Source: Ginkgo biloba | Taxonomy: Eukaryota > Plantae > Ginkgophyta | Length of the DNA stretch: 28,604 nucleotides | Assembly (NCBI GenBank): GCA_024626585.2 | Contig: JANKJI020000001.1 | Span: 2,022,653-2,051,256 of the forward strand | Reading direction: 5' to 3' | In this document: positions 23,601 to 28,604 of the stretch, one piece after another | How positions within the stretch are numbered: the first letter of the stretch is position 1 | Layout of the letters: each line of letters begins with the position of its first letter | The notes under the pieces: model-generated | What the model saw: only the letters and a program-made list of their open reading frames with translations | What the model was told of the DNA's origin: nothing | Database searches by the model: none | Made by a program: the position numbers and the translations under genes

Positions 23601-24106
23601 TATAATCTAAGCCAATGTCACANNNNNNNNNNNNNNNNNNNNNNNNNNNNNNNNNNNNNNNNNNNNNNNNNNNNNNNNNNNNNNNNNNNNNNNNNNNNNN
23701 NNNNNNNNNNNNNNNNNNNNNNTTTAAGTTTTATACACTGGGCTTAGTCTTTCTTTTTACTAGCATCGATTGGTCTCATAGAAAACATTTATTTAATATT
23801 CTAACCTATTGTGAAAGTTCAATATTTTGTTGATAGTTGGTTTAAGAGGACAGCATAGGGTACTTTTAAGTTTCAAATAGCTAGTGAAGGTTTGAATCTT
23901 TATCCAAATTCAAGCCTTGGTACAACTCTTCTGTGCTTCATGTTAGACATGTTGATTAGCTTTTCATGAATTGCTCCACCATGGTGTCCATATTTTCTTG
24001 GGAGATTGAGGCACGTATTGTGTGAGCAATACCTAGAATAATAAAACTTGTAATTTCTAAAACATTGCACAATTTATCTTTTAACACTGTTGACATAAAC
24101 TTGCAG

Positions 24107-24246
24107 GCTGGGAAGGGTGGAGAGTTAACACATGATGAGACAACCATAATTGCAGGAGCTTTGGAAATGACTCAAAAGACTGCACAAGATGCAATGACTC
24201 CAATCTCTAAAGCCTTCTCCCTCGATGTGAATGCAAAACTAGACGT
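24107..24246 (+). CDS. CBSDUF exon: [46 protein letters not shown](V)
   Basis: ttgcAG acceptor at 24105-24106. A GTACGC donor at 24247 (phase 2) joins in frame to the exon at 24352. Confidence 0.94.
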
Positions 24247-24351
24247 GTACGCTGTTTACCTATCATCTGATTTGCATTCCACAGAATGGATTTTGTTGTG
24301 TAATGGTATATTTGTTCTTTTCGTTTCCTAAATGGAAGTGTTTACTTTCAG

Positions 24352-24439
24352 TCAGACAATGAATTTAATAATGACAAAAGGACACAGCCGAGTACCTGTT
24401 TTCTCTGGAGGTCCAACCAACATTATTGGCCTCATTTTG
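24352..24439 (+). CDS. CBSDUF exon (CBS1): QTMNLIMTKGHSRVPVFSGGPTNIIGLIL
   Basis: tttcAG acceptor at 24350-24351 after a 105-nt intron; GTAAGA donor at 24440; GHSRVPV motif. Confidence 0.95.
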
Positions 24440-26709
24440 GTAAGATACTTTTTTGTGGGGGTGCGCTTGGAGGTTCATGTAGACAGTTCATTGTTTTGGA
24501 GCAATATGAATATTTGTATAAATGCTACTTGAATTCCACTCTTAAGGGTTAGTTTTTTGTTACCATCATCATGGAATGAATGTTATTAATATTTTATTGC
24601 ATTAAGCCTTCAGAGCTTCATGAGACATTCAATCTCAGAAATTTTGTTTTGTTTTAACACTGTGATTCATTTTGATGTTTCAACCCCTGCCAGGGGGGAT
24701 TTTTTTACTTTTCTGATTATCTCAAAGGATTCTTTATCTTGCTGTAAATGTCTTATATAGTGTGTTCTAATTAAAGCTGCAACTGTAAATGTCAAAAACA
24801 TCAATTTCATGATGAGCTCTCAATGGTTGTGCAAAAGTGAACTTTGAGAATAGCAACTAAACACATTATTTAGACATATAAGGCTAAGTTGTTGCATGCC
24901 ATGCTCTAAAACTACTAGCATAGACTAATCGGTAAATTTAATGGATTCTTGAATTATCTGAATCTTAATGGTTAATGTATATTGAGGCTTAGTGTAAAAG
25001 ATATTTTCATAAGACCATGCAAGGAAGTTTACAGGGACTGTCAAAACTGAAACAGATATGCATCAAAATGCAAAATGTGTACGACTACAATTTCCTGTGG
25101 TATTCAGATCAGGTGATAACCAAAACAGTGGGAAAATCAAAAGAAAGCAGAAGGGAAGCAATGGAAAAGGAACTGAAGAGTGAGCGCAAATCTTAGAATT
25201 TGAAGACACAAAATACTTGGGTTGCTGTAAAAACTGAAAACACATGCAAATTTCATAATAGAAGTGTGGAAAATATGCTCGATATTGCATTTTCAGACAT
25301 CAAAAACATATTAGTAACACTGTTGACCTCCAAAATTGGATCACAACTAATACAGAAAGCAGACCATTTATATTGATAATCAACAATAACTCACTATTAG
25401 AACTATGCGTAATGTCAAATTGGATGAAGTCCTCCTAAGGGGAATGGCGAGTATGCAAAGAATTTTACTTGCATTTTTGAAAATCTGTGTGAGCTACCAA
25501 CCCATGACCGTATCTTGTCTCTCAAAGAAAATGAGTTGAGGTGAATGTTGTATTTCATAATGTGACTGTTCATCGTTCGTCGAACGANNNNNNNNNNNNN
25601 NNNNNNNNNNNNNNNNNNNNNNNNNNNNNNNNNNNNNNNNNNNNNNNNNNNNNNNNNNNNNNNNNNNNNNNNNNNNNNNNNNNNNNNTTTTTAATGAGTA
25701 CAAAGTCCTAGGCACCACTGATCTGCAATGTAAACTTGTATTTGAAAGATTTTCTCTATCTTGTATATTTTGGCACTTTTAATATATGCAAAAAATCAAA
25801 ATTTAATAATTATTCGTCCTGGAACTTCTACGGGCTAATTATCGGTTATTGATGTGAACAAGTTCCATCTAACTTTGTGACACTTAACAGGCTTTTGCAT
25901 TAATAAAGCAATGTTTAGAATATATAAATAGTCAAAAATTGTATTTTAGACCCTCTTAGGAATTAATTTTTCTTTTACCATTCCTACTCGGGATCTATGG
26001 TCCTTTACTTCTTGATTGACATTTAACTATGTCACTGACACCTTGGACATATTTTGGAGTTGACAACATTAAAAGCAAAAGTTAATCATTTTCACCTCAA
26101 ATTGAAGGATGAGATAAAGTAAGACACATTGAAGGCATATAGTCTGCAATATGGAAATAATGTTACCTGCTTAATCCATTTTGTATATGACAATGCATTA
26201 GATAAAGGAGTGCTTAATGTTTTGAGTTAATTCTTTATTAGTGTAGAGTTCCATTGGACCATAATATATGTAGGCACTAAATTTGAAAGGATTGAGATTA
26301 GATTTAGCTCTCCTAACAAGCTAGGTTTATTTTTCAATGAAGGTCTGCTTGTACGTAACCTTGCTTCATAAGTAATTTTTAAGCATGTGTAGAAGCAAAG
26401 ATACTTATATGCATGGATCGCAAAAATGTCTTCGGTAAAAGCTGATTTCTCCATCAAATAATGGCTTCTCACTCTCTATATAATGTTGTAATGGCATGAT
26501 AACAAAACTACTGCTATTAAGTATGAGTCAGAAAGTTAAGAATCAGGGATAATATACGACTATATTTGTATACTAATGAAATGCATCCAGTAAATTGTGG
26601 AAGAATGATGAAAACTGTCAGAAGCCTGATCATGATTAGCTTAGGTGGGAAGTATGGCTCATTGTTTTCTTTTAAAGGACTTATTTTCTTCTTATCAATT
26701 TGGTCACAG

Positions 26710-26757
26710 GTGAAAAACTTGCTTACTATTCGTCCTGAAGATGATACATCTATAAGA
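26710..26757 (+). CDS. CBSDUF exon, truncated as assembled: VKNLLTIRPEDDTSIR then TAA
   Basis: cacAG acceptor at 26708-26709. Homology stops at TAA (26758-26760); the expected ~NVTIRxIPR ending and donor are absent. Confidence 0.9.
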
Positions 26758-26986
26758 TAATGCAAAGTAGAATTAGAACACATGAACTTACAAAATAAGA
26801 GATCATACTCTCAAAGAACAACTCCAAAACTTGTCCATAAGCTTCCTAAACTCACACATGAAGAATGAGGAGAAATAATATATATTTATAACATAGGATG
26901 AAAGGTTCCTCATAAATTCTTCCCACCCTTCCTCCAGCTACTCACCCAATATAATATTCAAAATATGGGCAAGCCATCTACCCCCT
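26758..26986. mobile_element. Foreign LTR-like sequence abutting the truncated CBSDUF exon
   Basis: Abrupt switch to A/C-rich sequence with tatttata (reverse TATA), similar in organisation to the minus-strand LTR at 14997-15577; ends at a 100-N gap. Confidence 0.45.
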
Positions 26987-27771
26987 NNNNNNNNNNNNNN
27001 NNNNNNNNNNNNNNNNNNNNNNNNNNNNNNNNNNNNNNNNNNNNNNNNNNNNNNNNNNNNNNNNNNNNNNNNNNNNNNNNNNNNNNCATACCATCCTTGT
27101 CTTTAGTGTTTTGGAGGGAAATGGAATAGTTTTGCACTCTATAGACCTGTCTATACATGAGGACTGCTTACAAAAAAATGATTTTTCAACTTTCGTGTCG
27201 CCATTTCTACCTCCAAAGGAGATTACGGAAAGAAATCAGATGAGCTAGATGTGTTGAGGCCATTATGTCTCACTGAGTAGATGTTTACACCTTATATTAT
27301 TTTAGTGTCTTAGTGTATATTTACACCTGGCAGTACTTTTTTCCTTTGAAGAACAAAGTGAGGAAATTTGGCCTTGGGTTGTCTTGATTCTGATTAAATG
27401 TGCCATATTATGTGCAATGAACAAGAAAATAGAGAGAATAATGAAGTAAATATGAACTTTTGTAGCATATATGATAGAAATGAATGCTCAGAATAGTAGC
27501 GAATCTGTTTTAGTTGAAACGTTGTTAAAGTTGATTCTAAATTTCTGGTCGGTTTTGCAATACATTTTGTTTTCCTTGTGTTGCAGGGATTCTAATTATA
27601 TTCTTTACTCTTTAGTTGTATATGACTTTCTTCTGAACTAATTGCACCAATGTTCCCATGGTAGAGATCAAATTGTATATTTTTATGCAGTCTTACATCT
27701 TTAGAACAATTCATGTGCCTTGGAACTGAAGGGGAGTAACTTGGTGATGCTCTTTACATACCATGCTACAG

Positions 27772-27956
27772 GGTTCCGGAGCATATGCCACTTTATGATA
27801 TTTTAAATGAATTTCAGAAAGGTCATAGCCACATAGCTGTGGTTGTGAAGTACAGCAAGGAAAGAATGGACAGAGACAAAGAATTGAAGAGTCAGGTGGA
27901 CAGGAGGCTGGTGAATACCAGGCACAAAAGAAGATCTGATACTAAAGCTGTGACAG
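27772..27956 (+). CDS. CBSDUF exon (CBS2): (R)VPEHMPLYDILNEFQKGHSHIAVVVKYSKERMDRDKELKSQVDRRLVNTRHKRRSDTKAVT
   Basis: tacAG acceptor at 27770-27771 (phase 2); PLYDILNEFQKGHSH motif; probable donor AG/GTAAAG at 27957. Confidence 0.93.
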
Positions 27957-28604
27957 GTAAAGGAATGAGTTCAAAATGATGAAAATCTATTATAGAAATT
28001 ATTGNNNNNNNNNNNNNNNNNNNNNNNNNNNNGTATTTTATTGAAGCCATCCTTGGTAAAAAGGGCACAGTCGTGCATGTATTCTAGGTCATGCCCAATA
28101 CCTGATAGAGCTATGCCATTTCCTGCAGCCAATGTTTACATTACATTTTTACCCTGCTCCTAACTAGTTTTTGAGGTCAATGGGTACGAACCGGTATGCC
28201 ACATGTAGTCCCATGGAACTCTTGGACTTTTATAACATCAAGCTTGAGAAAAAGTTTACAGATTCAAGTTTCTAAAAAACATTTGTATTTTGGGAACATG
28301 AAGCATGTCAAAATTAGTGTTCTTTTTACTTTGCCCAAATTGAAGAATTTAGATGAAAGTGAGACATTTGTTCATAGTTTAGGAGGATAGCAATAAATGC
28401 ATATTCAATACAGCATAGAGTCTTTAAGGAAAACATTTTGCATATAGAATACATATTAAACATATAGTGCACGACTGATAATGATGCAGTGATCTCAAAT
28501 TTTGACATAGCCACTTTCTTGAACACAAGCACTCATTTTTGTAGGTATCCCGTTGGAGTGAGGCCCGTCAGGAGGCACAATCATTCAATTTCTTATACTA
28601 AACA

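Larger units (their letters stand above)
6506..27956 (+). other. Partial span of an intron-rich DUF21 + CBS-pair domain gene (CNNM/CorC family; plant CBSDUF/MGR-like Mg2+ transporter)
   Basis: Seven collinear exon segments with GT-AG boundaries wherever boundaries are visible. They translate to the conserved plant CBSDUF motifs [49 protein letters not shown] and PLYDILNEFQKGHSH. The residues IGNSLAME and LDWMLGKGH resemble, from memory, the At1g47330/At5g52790-like subgroup. Confidence 0.95.

Noticed and set aside
1-28604. A novel multi-gene or prokaryote-style system
   Set aside because: All recognisable coding signal is explained by one spliced plant CBSDUF gene plus decayed retroelements. 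I saw no intact unexplained long ORF, RNA gene or array.

Overview
This is AT-rich, CpG-depleted plant nuclear DNA from a gapped draft scaffold. The large TE-filled introns suggest a large-genome plant such as a gymnosperm (inference). The window covers the middle of one + strand gene for a DUF21/CBS-pair (CNNM/CorC-like, CBSDUF/MGR-type) Mg2+-transport protein. Seven exons or exon parts are readable at 6506-6559, 6672-6749, 17765-17851, 24107-24246, 24352-24439, 26710-26757 and 27772-27956. One expected exon probably lies in the 6750-7496 gap, and the first and last exons are not identifiable here. The introns (one of at least 10 kb, one of 6.3 kb, and probably the whole 1-6450 region) are filled with decayed retroelements: Ty3/Gypsy gag-PR-RT-INT remnants, L1 fragments, fragments of an L2/CR1-like LINE, an isolated archaeal-type RNase H domain and a TSD-flanked poly(A) retroposon. 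The most notable features are an exon cut off by foreign LTR-like DNA with an in-frame stop (26758), two homologous gag copies in tandem, and the apparently non-L1/non-RTE LINE fragments. I found no support for a wholly new biological system. Most short ORFs in the supplied track are spurious or are N-gap artefacts.
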